A DNA stretch of 64,000 bases from Nibricoccus sp. (lineage in GTDB: Bacteria; Verrucomicrobiota; Verrucomicrobiia; Opitutales; Opitutaceae). Location of the stretch: assembly GCA_047602425.1 (NCBI GenBank), contig JASGHG010000001.1, positions 2,304,001 to 2,368,000 of the forward strand, written 5' to 3'. This document shows, one piece after another, positions 42,858-53,500 of the stretch (positions are counted from its first letter, which is position 1; every line of letters begins with the position of its first letter). The notes beneath the pieces are model-generated. The model searched no databases, was not told the origin of the DNA, and was given only the letters and a program-made list of their open reading frames with translations. The position numbers and the translations under genes were made by a program.

Positions 42858-45800
42858 ATGAACACACGTTTGCTTAAGGGAGTTTCTGTTTGTCTCGTCC
42901 TCGCACTCAACGTTTTCGCTGGTCCAACCGACCGCTCCGAGCAATGGGCCGAAGTGGAAAAAGCTCAGGCGAATGGCCAACCTCAGACGGCTCTTGAAAA
43001 ATTGGAGCCGATTATCACCGGCGCCTATTCTGACCTGCTTTACGCCGAGGCGATTCGCGCCCTCGCGCTCAAAATGGCCATCGAAGATCGCGTCAACGGC
43101 AATGGCGCTGAACGAAAAATCGTCCGCTTTCAGGCCGAAATAGAAAAAGCCCCTGCTGCGATGAAACCGGCGATGGAGGCAGTGCTCGCGCATTGGTACT
43201 GGCAATATTATCAGCAAAACCGCTGGCGTTTCATGCAACGTACGCAGACCGCCGAGTCGCCGGGCGCGGACATTCAAACGTGGGACCTTGCGCGAATTCT
43301 CACCGAAATCGACAAACACTTCACCGCCGCGCTCGCCGACGAAGCTACGCTTAAGAAAACGCCCATCCACGTGTATCGACAACTCCTCGAACCGGGCAAC
43401 GTTCCTGAAAGCTACCGTCCCACGCTCTTCGATTTTCTCGCTCACGAGGCATTAAAATTCTACCAAGCGGGCGAGCATGCGCAGCTAAAAGCCGAAGACG
43501 AATTCGAGATCGCTGCCACGAGTCCAATTTTTGGCGATGTGCGAGAGTTTATGGCTTGGCAGCCCGCGGGCACGGATGATGCCTCACCGAAACTAAAAGC
43601 CATCCACCTTTATCAAGCTCTGCTGAAATTCCACGCCGACGATCCGGCGCGCGACGCATTCTTCGATACTGATCTTGACCGGCTCGAATATGGGAAAAAC
43701 GTGGCGTTCGGCGACGATGCGATCGACCGCTACAAGACCGCGCTCGAACGTTTTATCGTCAACACGTCTGCTCACGGTATTTCCGCTCGGGCACTCGCTC
43801 TCCTTGCCATGCAATTCCAGCAGGAAGGCGAACCGGCCAAAGCTCGCGAAATCGCGCAACGCGGCTTGAAAGCTTTCCCCTCCAGCACAGGCGGGGCGAT
43901 GTGTTACAACCTAATCCAACAGATAGAGGCAAAGTCCGCCCAACTCCATACCGAGAGCGTTTGGAATGCGCCGTGGCCTACGCTCGATCTTACTTACCGA
44001 AATGTGAGGAAAGTCTTTTTTCGCGCCATCCCCGCCGACTTCGCGAAGCGCATCAAACAGGACCGTGACGAAAAGGATCTGCTCACGGAAAAACCCGTGC
44101 TCGAATGGGAAGCCGACCTGCCGCCGACGGCCGACTTCAAGGAGCGCACCGAAAAAATTCCCGCGCCGACCACGCTCAAGCCTGGCTACTACCTTATCGC
44201 GGCCAGCCACAATCCAAGTTTTGGCGACGACAATAACCAGGTTTCCGCCACTTTCGTTTGGGTGAGCGACCTCGCGCTGGTGCTGCGTCTGCGCTATGAC
44301 AGCGAGACGCAAAGCGGCTTGGTTGTTCGAGCCGGCAGCGGCGAGCCGGTGTCGGGAGCAGTGATCAGCATTTGGAAAGAAAATCGTTATGGCGATCTGG
44401 CGCCTGGCTTCTCCTCCGTCACTAACGACAACGGCCTATTTGAGTTCTCCTCGATCCAAGGCTCATGCTTCATTATGGCTGAGGCTGAAGGTCAAAAAGT
44501 CGCCACCGGCCACGGAGTCTACGTCTACGGCCGCGACTCTAAAGACGGTGCCGACACGCAGACCGTCTTCTTCACCGACCGTGCGATCTACCGCCCGGGC
44601 CAGACGATCAACTATAAGGGCGTTTCGATCCGCTACGATCGCGAGATGGGCAAGTATTCCGTGCTCTCGGGCCACAAGCTGACCGTCGTTTTCAACGATC
44701 CCAACGGCAAGGAAATCGCCCGCGCCGGACACCGAACCAACGACTACGGTTCGTTCAGCGGCACGTTCACCGCGCCCCGCGACCGGCTGACGGGTCAGAT
44801 GACGATTCAAGTGCTCGGTCGCCCGAGCCAGACGTCGGTCAGCGTCGAGGAGTACAAACGCCCGAAATTCCAAGTGGAAATCGCCACCCCCACGGAAGCC
44901 GCGAAGCTCGACGCCCCGGTGGAGCTCACCGGAAAAGCCACCGCCTACAACGGCGCCGCCATCGGCGGAGCCAAGGTGAAATGGCGCGTCGAACGCGGTG
45001 TGCAGCTGCCGTACTGGTGCTGGTGGTGGCAGCCAATGCCCAGCAAGGCCATTGCCCACGGCACCGCCGTGACCGAACCGGACGGTACCTTCAAAGTCCA
45101 GTTCCCCACCACGCCCGACCGCTCGGTGCCGGCGAAGAACGAGCCCGTATTTGTATTCACGGTCCATGCCGACGTCACCGATACGACCGGCGAAACCCGT
45201 TCCGACGACCGCGCTGTCCGCGCCGGCTACACGGCACTGCAAGCGACGTTGAGCGCGGAAGACTGGCAGACCGCGGCGCAGCCGGCCGAGTTGGCGATTT
45301 CAACCAGTTCGCTCGACGGCGATCCGCAGGCCGCGAGCGGCAAGGTGATCGTTCACGCGCTCAAACAACCCGCGGCGGTGGAGCGCGCACCCTTGCAGCG
45401 GGAACGTTTTTGGTGGCACCGCGCCGAGGAGCCTGGTGTTGATCTGGCGAATCCTGACTCGTGGGCGCTTGGCGATGTTGTTTCAGAAAATAGCTTTTCC
45501 ACCGACGCCTCCGGCAAAACGGAGCTCAAGCTTCCGCTCAAAGCCGGCATCTATCGCGTATTGCTGGAGACGAAAGACCGGTTCGGCAAAACGGTCACCG
45601 CTCGCCGCACAGTCGAAGTTGTCGACCCGAGTCAGCTTCGCTACACGGTGAAAATCCCGAACAAGCTAGCTGCCGAAAAATGGTCAGTCGAGCCGGGCGA
45701 AACTTTCACCGCCCTCTGGGGCACCGGTTACGACAAGGGCCGCGCCTTCGTGGAGCTGGAGTGTAACGGGGAACCATTGAAAACCTACTGGACTGTTGGC

Positions 45801-48800
45801 GACCGCACGCAGGATTTGATCAAGCTCCCGGTCAAGGAAGCGCATCGCGGCGGCTTCACGCTGCGCGTGACGCATATCCACGAAAATCGCGCCTACACGA
45901 CTGAGCGGGTTGTGAATGTGCCTTGGACGAACAAACAGCTTGCGGTAAAATGGGAAACCTTTCGCTCCAAGCTCGCTCCGGGACAAAAAGAAACTTGGAG
46001 CGCCGTCATCACTGGCCCCGATGCGAAACGGGTTTCGGCTGAAATGGCCGTCGCGCTCTACGACGCTTCGCTCGATCAATATGCGCCTCACCACTGGCTG
46101 GCCGGATTTGGGGTGTTCCGTTCTGAGCAAAACCGAACCCGGACCGAGTTTCAAAATACCCGGCAATACTTCCGCGGCATTTACAACTGGGGAGCAATCG
46201 GTCTGCGCGACACCAAGTGGCAGTACAGTTCTTTTGTTCCCGAACTTTCAATCAATAACCACGTCCGCTATGGTTCCTTGGGCGCGCAGAATGACGGAGG
46301 GATGGATGGTGATGTGGTGGTGCTGTCGCCATTCGCAGTAGCTGTGACCTCGCACGACGTCGGTTATCGGGCCTCCAATTCGCTTGTGGGGTCTCTTAGA
46401 CAAAGAGGTTTGGCGCGGGAGCGCGCACCTGCAGGAATTTCAATCGATAGTTTTGGCGATATTGCCCTCCCAGAGGCGAAAAAGGCAGTGGAAGAGGCAG
46501 GTGCGATAACGAAACAAACGAGGGAGCTTCTGCCCGATCTTTCCAAAGTCACCGCCCGCAAAAATCTCAACGAAACCGCGTTCTTCTTCCCACAGCTCAC
46601 GTCCGACGAAAACGGGGTTGTGAAGATGACGTTCACGATGCCGGAGGCGTTGACCGAATGGAAATTCCTCGGCTTCGTCTACGACAAGCAACTCCGGTCG
46701 GGGTTGTTGACCGATAAAGTCACAACCTCCAAAGACCTGATGGTCGAGCCGAATCCGCCCCGCTTTGTGCGCGAGGGCGATACGATCGAGTTCACGGTCA
46801 AAGTTAGCAACCAGTCCGACCAACCGCAGAAAGGGACGGTGAAGCTCACGCTCGCCGATGCCGCTTCGCTCAAGTCGGCCGACGACGCGCTGGGCAATCG
46901 CGCGGTCGAGCAGTCCTTCGACGTGCCGGCGAAACAATCGCGCAGCTACGCGTGGCGCATCGCGGTGCCGGACGGACTCGGGTTCCTCACGTACAAGGCC
47001 GTCGCGGCCACCGCGCAGTTCAGCGACGGCGAGGAAGGCTTCCTGCCCGTGCTCAGCCGTCGCATTCTCGTGACAGAGTCGTTGCCTTTGCCGATCCGTG
47101 GCAAAGCGACAAAAAAGTTCGAACTCGAGAAACTGCTCGCCTCGGGCAAATCCGACACGCTGCGCCACCAGTCGCTCACGGTGCAGATGACGTCGCAGCC
47201 CGCGTGGTACGCGGTGATGGCGCTGCCGTACCTGATGGAGTTTCCGCACGAGTGCAGCGAACAGCTTTTCAATCGTTTGTACGCCAACGCGCTCGCCCGG
47301 CACATCGCGAACTCCGACCCGAAAATCCGCCGCATCTTTGATCTTTGGAAAAACACGCCTGCACTCGACAGCCCGTTGGAGAAGAATCAGGACCTGAAAT
47401 CACTGATGCTCGAAGAAACGCCATGGTGGCGCGAAGCAACGGTCGAAAGCCAGGCGCGTCGTAGTCTCGGCCTGCTCTTCGAGAGCAATCGACTCGACGA
47501 CGAAGCCGCGCGCGCGCTCAAACAACTCGCCGAGCGTCAGCAGAGCGACGGCCTGTGGGCGTGGTTCCCGGGCGGCCGCTCCAGCGAATACATTAGCCGC
47601 TACATCGTGACCGGTTTTGGACGGCTGCGTCACCTCGGCGTGCAGATCGATGTTTCGCCAGCGGTCAAAGCGCTCGCGGCCCTCGATGCTGCGCTGGCGG
47701 AAGACTACCGAGAAATTTTGAAGCGCGATCGTGCCGAAGACTACGTGCCGACGCACCTGGACGCGCTCACGCTCTATGGCCGCAGTTTTTTCCTGAAAGA
47801 CCGCCCCGTCGCGAACGAGCACCAGGCAGCCGTCGATTTTTTCCTGCGACAGGCGCGGAAATTTTGGACCAAGTCAGAGGATCGGCAGCGGCTGGCGCAC
47901 CTTGCGATCGCGCTGCAGCGGTTTGGCGACGCTGAAACACCGCGTGCGATTATGAAATCGCTGAAGGAGCGCAGCCTGAACACCGAGGAGATGGGCATGC
48001 ACTGGCGCGACGCCGAATCGGGCTGGTGGTGGTATCAAGCGCCGATCGAAACGCAGGCGCTGATGATCGAAGCCTTCGCCGAAGTCACCAACGACGCGCA
48101 GGCCGTCGAGGACTGCAAAGTGTGGCTCTTGAAACAAAAGCAGACGCAGAACTGGAAAACCACCAAGGCCACGGCCGACGCTGTCTACGGCCTACTGTTG
48201 CGCGGCACGGACCTGCTCGCGAGCGATGCGCTGGTCGAAGTTTCGCTCGGCGGCGAAGCAATCAAACCCGAGAAAGTCGAAGCGGGAACCGGCTTCTATG
48301 AACAAAAATTTGTCCGCAGCGAAATCAAACCTGCGATGGGCGCGATCACGGTGAAGAAGACCGACGGCGGTGTGAGCTGGGGCAGCGTTCATTGGCAGTA
48401 CCTCGAAGACATGTCGAAGGTGACGCCGCACGAAGCCACGCCGTTGAAACTCAAGAAATCGCTCTGGATAAAAGAAACCACGAGCAAGGGCCAGGTCCTG
48501 AAACCCGTGAGCGGTCCCATGTCGGTCGGTGACGAACTTGTTGTCCGTATCGAACTGCGCGTCGACCGCGACATGGAGTATGTGCACCTGAAAGACCAGC
48601 GCGGCAGCGGCACGGAACCGGTGAATGTATTGAGCCGTTACAGGTGGCAGGATAGCCTCGGCTACTACGAGTCGACGCGTGACACGGCCTCGCATTTCTT
48701 CATCGATTACCTGCGACGTGGCACATACGTGTTCGAGTATTCGACGCGCGTGCAGCTGAAGGGCGTTTACCAGACGGGCATCGCCGAAATCCAGTGCATG

Positions 48801-48854
48801 TACGCCCCGGAGTTCAACAGCCACTCGGAGAGTATTCTGCTGGAGGTGAAGTGA
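42858..48854 (+). CDS. Bacterial alpha-2-macroglobulin family protein
   Basis: Signal peptide; FTDRAIYRPGQT (MG2), VEEYKRPKF, RKNLNETAFF, PRFVREGD, thioester-type ECSEQ, GLWAWF and MYAPE motifs. Confidence 0.92.
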   Translation: MNTRLLKGVSVCLVLALNVFAGPTDRSEQWAEVEKAQANGQPQTALEKLEPIITGAYSDLLYAEAIRALALKMAIEDRVNGNGAERKIVRFQAEIEKAPAAMKPAMEAVLAHWYWQYYQQNRWRFMQRTQTAESPGADIQTWDLARILTEIDKHFTAALADEATLKKTPIHVYRQLLEPGNVPESYRPTLFDFLAHEALKFYQAGEHAQLKAEDEFEIAATSPIFGDVREFMAWQPAGTDDASPKLKAIHLYQALLKFHADDPARDAFFDTDLDRLEYGKNVAFGDDAIDRYKTALERFIVNTSAHGISARALALLAMQFQQEGEPAKAREIAQRGLKAFPSSTGGAMCYNLIQQIEAKSAQLHTESVWNAPWPTLDLTYRNVRKVFFRAIPADFAKRIKQDRDEKDLLTEKPVLEWEADLPPTADFKERTEKIPAPTTLKPGYYLIAASHNPSFGDDNNQVSATFVWVSDLALVLRLRYDSETQSGLVVRAGSGEPVSGAVISIWKENRYGDLAPGFSSVTNDNGLFEFSSIQGSCFIMAEAEGQKVATGHGVYVYGRDSKDGADTQTVFFTDRAIYRPGQTINYKGVSIRYDREMGKYSVLSGHKLTVVFNDPNGKEIARAGHRTNDYGSFSGTFTAPRDRLTGQMTIQVLGRPSQTSVSVEEYKRPKFQVEIATPTEAAKLDAPVELTGKATAYNGAAIGGAKVKWRVERGVQLPYWCWWWQPMPSKAIAHGTAVTEPDGTFKVQFPTTPDRSVPAKNEPVFVFTVHADVTDTTGETRSDDRAVRAGYTALQATLSAEDWQTAAQPAELAISTSSLDGDPQAASGKVIVHALKQPAAVERAPLQRERFWWHRAEEPGVDLANPDSWALGDVVSENSFSTDASGKTELKLPLKAGIYRVLLETKDRFGKTVTARRTVEVVDPSQLRYTVKIPNKLAAEKWSVEPGETFTALWGTGYDKGRAFVELECNGEPLKTYWTVGDRTQDLIKLPVKEAHRGGFTLRVTHIHENRAYTTERVVNVPWTNKQLAVKWETFRSKLAPGQKETWSAVITGPDAKRVSAEMAVALYDASLDQYAPHHWLAGFGVFRSEQNRTRTEFQNTRQYFRGIYNWGAIGLRDTKWQYSSFVPELSINNHVRYGSLGAQNDGGMDGDVVVLSPFAVAVTSHDVGYRASNSLVGSLRQRGLARERAPAGISIDSFGDIALPEAKKAVEEAGAITKQTRELLPDLSKVTARKNLNETAFFFPQLTSDENGVVKMTFTMPEALTEWKFLGFVYDKQLRSGLLTDKVTTSKDLMVEPNPPRFVREGDTIEFTVKVSNQSDQPQKGTVKLTLADAASLKSADDALGNRAVEQSFDVPAKQSRSYAWRIAVPDGLGFLTYKAVAATAQFSDGEEGFLPVLSRRILVTESLPLPIRGKATKKFELEKLLASGKSDTLRHQSLTVQMTSQPAWYAVMALPYLMEFPHECSEQLFNRLYANALARHIANSDPKIRRIFDLWKNTPALDSPLEKNQDLKSLMLEETPWWREATVESQARRSLGLLFESNRLDDEAARALKQLAERQQSDGLWAWFPGGRSSEYISRYIVTGFGRLRHLGVQIDVSPAVKALAALDAALAEDYREILKRDRAEDYVPTHLDALTLYGRSFFLKDRPVANEHQAAVDFFLRQARKFWTKSEDRQRLAHLAIALQRFGDAETPRAIMKSLKERSLNTEEMGMHWRDAESGWWWYQAPIETQALMIEAFAEVTNDAQAVEDCKVWLLKQKQTQNWKTTKATADAVYGLLLRGTDLLASDALVEVSLGGEAIKPEKVEAGTGFYEQKFVRSEIKPAMGAITVKKTDGGVSWGSVHWQYLEDMSKVTPHEATPLKLKKSLWIKETTSKGQVLKPVSGPMSVGDELVVRIELRVDRDMEYVHLKDQRGSGTEPVNVLSRYRWQDSLGYYESTRDTASHFFIDYLRRGTYVFEYSTRVQLKGVYQTGIAEIQCMYAPEFNSHSESILLEVK

Positions 48855-48951
48855 CGCTTTGTGACTAAGATCGGAAAGGCCGCCACAGCGGGCCGTCCTC
48901 CATTTTAATCCGACAATCCATCTGCGTCCGGGTCTACCTGACGGAGTAGTG

Positions 48952-50364
48952 CTAGTCGTGCTTGGTCTTGAAGGGCAGATTGAGCGGCAGGGTGGGGTCG
49001 GTCGGCCCGTGCGATGGCGCGATTGAGGTTCTTGCGGCGGAGAGCCCGGCGAGTTTTTCGCCGAGATCGGCCGGTGCATAAAACACGTTGAAGCGACCTT
49101 CCTTTCGCCCGACCAGCAATCCCTTTTCCATCAGGCTGAAAAGATCGGTGCGTGCTGTCTGGAAGGACACGTTGTGGCTTTTGCGGTGGCCTTCGATGAT
49201 GTATCGAGCGCCGGGTTCGCGCAGCGCGTGAGCGAGCAAGGCGTGTTGACGATGGTTAAGCCCTTCCAGGCCGCGCAATCTTTCCGCAGCGGCATGAAGT
49301 TGGGAGGACTTGTGTTTCACGTAGGCGTGCAAGGCCTCCACTGCTTCGCGTATAACCTGGGTTTGATGAAGGATGAAATAGGTAAGGTCGTTCTCGTCCG
49401 TCTCAGTGTAGACGAATGCGCGTGCGTACCGCATTGGAGCGCGAAGCAGGATTTGCGAAATCGAAATGAATTCAAAAAGGCCGTAGCCCTGCCGAAGCAT
49501 TGACCAATAAAACAATGCGCGCGCGGTGCGGCCGTTGCCATCGACAAAAGGGTGATCGTAAGCGAGCCAGAAATGTAGAATGATGGCGCGCATCACCGGA
49601 TGGATAAAATAGTCTGGCGTCTGGCCGTTTGCGAAATCGCACATCGCCTGGACCCTCATCGGTAATTCAGTCGCCGGCGGCGGCGTGTGAAAAACATTTC
49701 CTTCCTCGTCTTCGACGCGCACGTTTTCATCAGGAAGCCTCAGACGGCCGCAGGCATTGGGTTTGGAAAGTGTATCGGCTGTGACGAGCGCGTGCAGTTC
49801 CAGGACCAAGGTGGGCGAGAGGTTTGCCGTCCTGAGGGACTGGATACGCTGCATGGTTGCATAGTTGTTGAGGATCATGCGCTCGCTTTTGTCCTGCGGT
49901 GGCCGGCCAGTCCGCAGCATTTCCTTCGCAACTTCGCGCGTCGTCGCAGCGCCCTCCAGCTGGCTGGACGTGATCGATTCCTGCATCAGCGAACTAACAA
50001 TATAGTGATCCTTTGTCTCGGGAGCGGTGATTCCATCGGGCAGATTGAGAGCAAAGCCCAAACCTCGATCGATTTCATGAAGTTGTGCCGCTACCTCGTC
50101 TGGTGTTCCAAATTGGAAAGGCTGGCCTGATTTGTCGCGTAAAGGGACGCTGCGCAGATTGGCTCCGCGACCAAGTTTTAGCGCGAGCCACCATTCTTCG
50201 CTGGTAATTCCGGAGGGAGCAGGACGTCGCCGCAGCTCTTCCCAGTGCAAATAGCGGTCCGCTTTAGAGAGCGCCGGAATTTTCGGAAGCAATTCGTTCA
50301 AGCGCGCTTTGGAAAGACTGGAGATAGATCCTGACCAAGAGGGAGGGGGGGTGGGCAGTTTCAT
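48952..50364 (-). CDS. Fic-domain protein with C-terminal HTH-like region
   Basis: Catalytic HPFVDGNGRTAR, inhibitory SSQLEG helix, and C-terminal VSFQTARTDLFSL wHTH-like segment. Confidence 0.92.
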   Translation of the reverse strand: MKLPTPPPSWSGSISSLSKARLNELLPKIPALSKADRYLHWEELRRRPAPSGITSEEWWLALKLGRGANLRSVPLRDKSGQPFQFGTPDEVAAQLHEIDRGLGFALNLPDGITAPETKDHYIVSSLMQESITSSQLEGAATTREVAKEMLRTGRPPQDKSERMILNNYATMQRIQSLRTANLSPTLVLELHALVTADTLSKPNACGRLRLPDENVRVEDEEGNVFHTPPPATELPMRVQAMCDFANGQTPDYFIHPVMRAIILHFWLAYDHPFVDGNGRTARALFYWSMLRQGYGLFEFISISQILLRAPMRYARAFVYTETDENDLTYFILHQTQVIREAVEALHAYVKHKSSQLHAAAERLRGLEGLNHRQHALLAHALREPGARYIIEGHRKSHNVSFQTARTDLFSLMEKGLLVGRKEGRFNVFYAPADLGEKLAGLSAARTSIAPSHGPTDPTLPLNLPFKTKHD

Positions 50365-50440
50365 TCTAGGTTGGAATAAATTAGAATGAAGTTGGAACGC
50401 AATCTCATTCTAATTGTTAACTAATTAGAATGAAGTTGGA
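50361..50440. promoter_or_regulatory. Tandem palindromic operator at the fic start
   Basis: TCATTCTA-N13-TAGAATGA at 50361-50389 and 50405-50433; 18-bp direct repeat AATTAGAATGAAGTTGGA at 50379 and 50423. Confidence 0.7.
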
Positions 50441-50516
50441 GTGATGCGCTGAACGAGGGAGGCACCAGCTTTGCGGAAATCCGCAGGCTATATCTTCACG
50501 CGCTCTCTTTCTGCTG

Positions 50517-53500
50517 CTACGAAAGGATTTTGCGCAGGCTTTCGAGGTCGAGGACGGTGGCGAGGGATTCCTCCTTCACTACGGCGGCGGCCATCGCGGC
50601 TTTCTCGCGTTGGAGGGCGCGGATCTTTTCCTCGATCGTGTTCTTCGCGATCAGGCGGTAGGCGTTGACCTTCGAGGTCTGGCCGATGCGATGCGTGCGG
50701 TCGATCGCCTGCGCCTCCACCGCCGGGTTCCACCACGGGTCGTAGAGCACGACGTAGCTGGCAGCGGTGAGATTTAGTCCCGAGCCGGCGGCTTTTAGCG
50801 ATAGCAAAAAGATCGGCGGTCCATCGACGGACTGGAATTTGTCAACGAGCTCCTGGCGGTTCTCCGTCTGGCCGGTGAGCATCAGGTGGCCGATGGAGCG
50901 TGCCGTGAGCTCGTCGCGGATGAGTTCGAGCATTGTCACGAACTGCGAGAAAATGAGAACGCGGTGTCCTTCCTCGACGAGGGGCTCGATGGTGTCGAGA
51001 AGGGCCTCCATCTTCGCGCTGGCAGCCGGCGCTGGTTCCCCGGGCGAGGCGGAAGCTGCGGATTTGCGGGATTTTTTCCGCGCGACGGGTGGTTCGCCCT
51101 CGAGGCCGACGAGGCGCGGGTCGCAGCAAATCTGGCGGAGCCGCAGCAGCGATTGCAGGATGTTGAAGCGCTGGATGTCGAACTGGCGAGCAGTCTTCAC
51201 CTGGAGCAACATCTGGCGGGCGCGCTTGAGCTCGGCGTCGTAGAGGGTGCGCTGGCGACCATCGAGCTCGCAGAAAAGATCCTCCTCGACGCGGGGTGGA
51301 AGGTCGTTTGCCACTTGGGATTTGGTTCGGCGCAGCAGGAACGGACGAACACGAGTGGCGAGGCGTGAGCGGGCGCCGGCTGGGTCGTCTTTTTCGCGGT
51401 AGAGACGCTGGAAGCCGGCCTGTGAACCGAGCAAGCCGGGCTGGGCAAAGGCGAGCAGGCTCCAGAGATCGAGCAGGCGGTTTTCGATGGGCGTGCCGGT
51501 GAGCACGAGGCGATGCCGGGCTTTCAGGGCGCGTGCGGTCTGCGCGGTGGAGCTGGAGGGATTTTTGATGTTCTGGCCCTCGTCGAGCACGACGGCCTCC
51601 CATTGAACCGGAAGGAGCGTGTCGGCGCGGAGGCGAAGTTGGGCGTAGTTGACGACGACGATGCCGGTCGCTGGCAGGAGTTGGGTGAGGGGATCGAGCG
51701 GGGCCGCGGAGAGGGCGGGCGTGAAACGTTTTGTTTCAAGCTGCCAGTTCGGCACGACGGATTTTGGGCAGACGACGAGGGCTCGGAAGGGTCGTTTCTC
51801 GGCGGTAGCGCGATCTTGCAGCCAGAGGAACCAGGTGAGCGTCTGGAGGGTTTTGCCGAGGCCCATGTCGTCGGCCAGGACGCCGCCCAGGCCGAGGGCG
51901 GCGAGATGGGCGAGGAATTGGTATCCTTCTTCCTGGTACGGGCGGAGCTCGGCCTGGAGTCTGTTGGGAAGCGCGGGCGGCACGATGGCGCGCAGGGAGG
52001 CGGCGCGAGCGCGGAGTTTTTCGGCGAGGGCTTCGTCGCGCTCGGCGGCGAGGCTGCCGGCGAGCTGGAGCGTGTGGTAGCGGTGCGAGTGCTTTTTGCC
52101 GAGGTGGAGATCGGTTTCGGGCGCGAGGCCGAGGCGGTCGAGTTCGGCGCGGGTGGCAGCGTCGGTCTGGTCGTCGACCGCGAGGCGGCGCCAGCCGTGT
52201 TTGGCAAGGCGGACCCAGCGGCCGCGGGCCTTCATGAGGAGGTCGATCTCTTTTTCGGTGAGGCTAGTGTCCTCGACACGAAGAGAAGTGTGAACATCGA
52301 ACCAGTCGATCTCGCTGCTCTCGTCGATCTCGATGACGACACTGGCACGGTCCGGGGCTTTGGCGAAGGAGGCTAGTTCGGGTGAGAGCTCGACGAGGAG
52401 GCCGGGAGGCACGGCGGCGAGCCAGGCGGCGAATTGCTCGGGAAAGTTTTTTCCGGTTATCTCGGAAGTGTAGCGGCCTCCCTCGGGGGCCCAACCGTCC
52501 CAGTGGATTCCGGGGAGCTGTTTCAGGTGGATCTCCGCGGGTGCGAGCGAGGCGTGGTCGTGGAGGAGCCAGGCATGGTCGTCGGGCGTGACGAGGCCGG
52601 GCACATCGTGGCGCCAGCCCTCGGGTTGGTATCTGGCGCGAGGTTCGTTCGCGGGTGAGAGGGCGTGCAGTTCGAGGACGAGGATCTCGTCGTCAGCGTT
52701 GTCGCGTCGAGCGGAGATCCGGGCGCGGAGGCGGGCATGAAGTTTTTCGCTGCGAAAACGATCGGCGACACTGCCCGGCAGGCGGACTCCGGCGCGCGCG
52801 GCGAAGCGTCCGGCCTCGGGAAGTTCGAGGGCCTTGCGCGGGACCTCGACGGAGAACGAGGCGTGCTGCGGCTTTGCGGGGTTGGCGATGGGCGGCAGGC
52901 CATGAAAAAGGAGGCGTTGCGCGTGCAGGTAGCGGGTCGGCGTGCCGGGGAGCAGCAGGACAGGCTCGGGCAAAGGGGAACCATCTGGAAGAACCAGATC
53001 GACAAGGACGAGGGCGGGATCAGAAGGATGGTCGTTGATGCGCCAGGTGACGGGACGCGGGTCGTCGGCGATGGGCGCGCCGTCGGGGCTGACGATGAGG
53101 GGCCGGAGGCGCGGGTCGGCGAGGAAAGTGCCGAGAAGCTCGCAGTCGTGCGAGTCGGCGTAGTTGAGGCTGGAGCGGCTGTAACCGGAGAAGTGTTCGC
53201 GCACGAGGGCGACGAGGACGTTGCTTACGTCGTCGAGGGCGCGGGCGCACTCGGCGGGTTGATGCACGAAGTCACGCAGCTGGTTGGCCTGGAGTTTGAC
53301 GTAGGTGCCGGTCTGGCCGGCGATTTCCCATACAGTATTTCGCGGCGTGAGGCGCAAGCGGAGGGATTGGCGGGCGGCTGGCGCTTCGGATGCGGAAGTC
53401 AACGCGTCGAGTTGGGCGAAGCGGGCGCGCCAGTGGCGGAGCTGGATCTCCTGGCGGCAGTGCTCGCGTTCGGCAACGGCGGATTGAAGATCTGTAAAAG

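Noticed and set aside
50379..50440. 18-bp direct repeat as a CRISPR array
   Set aside because: Only two copies, too short, and no cas genes; better explained as operators.
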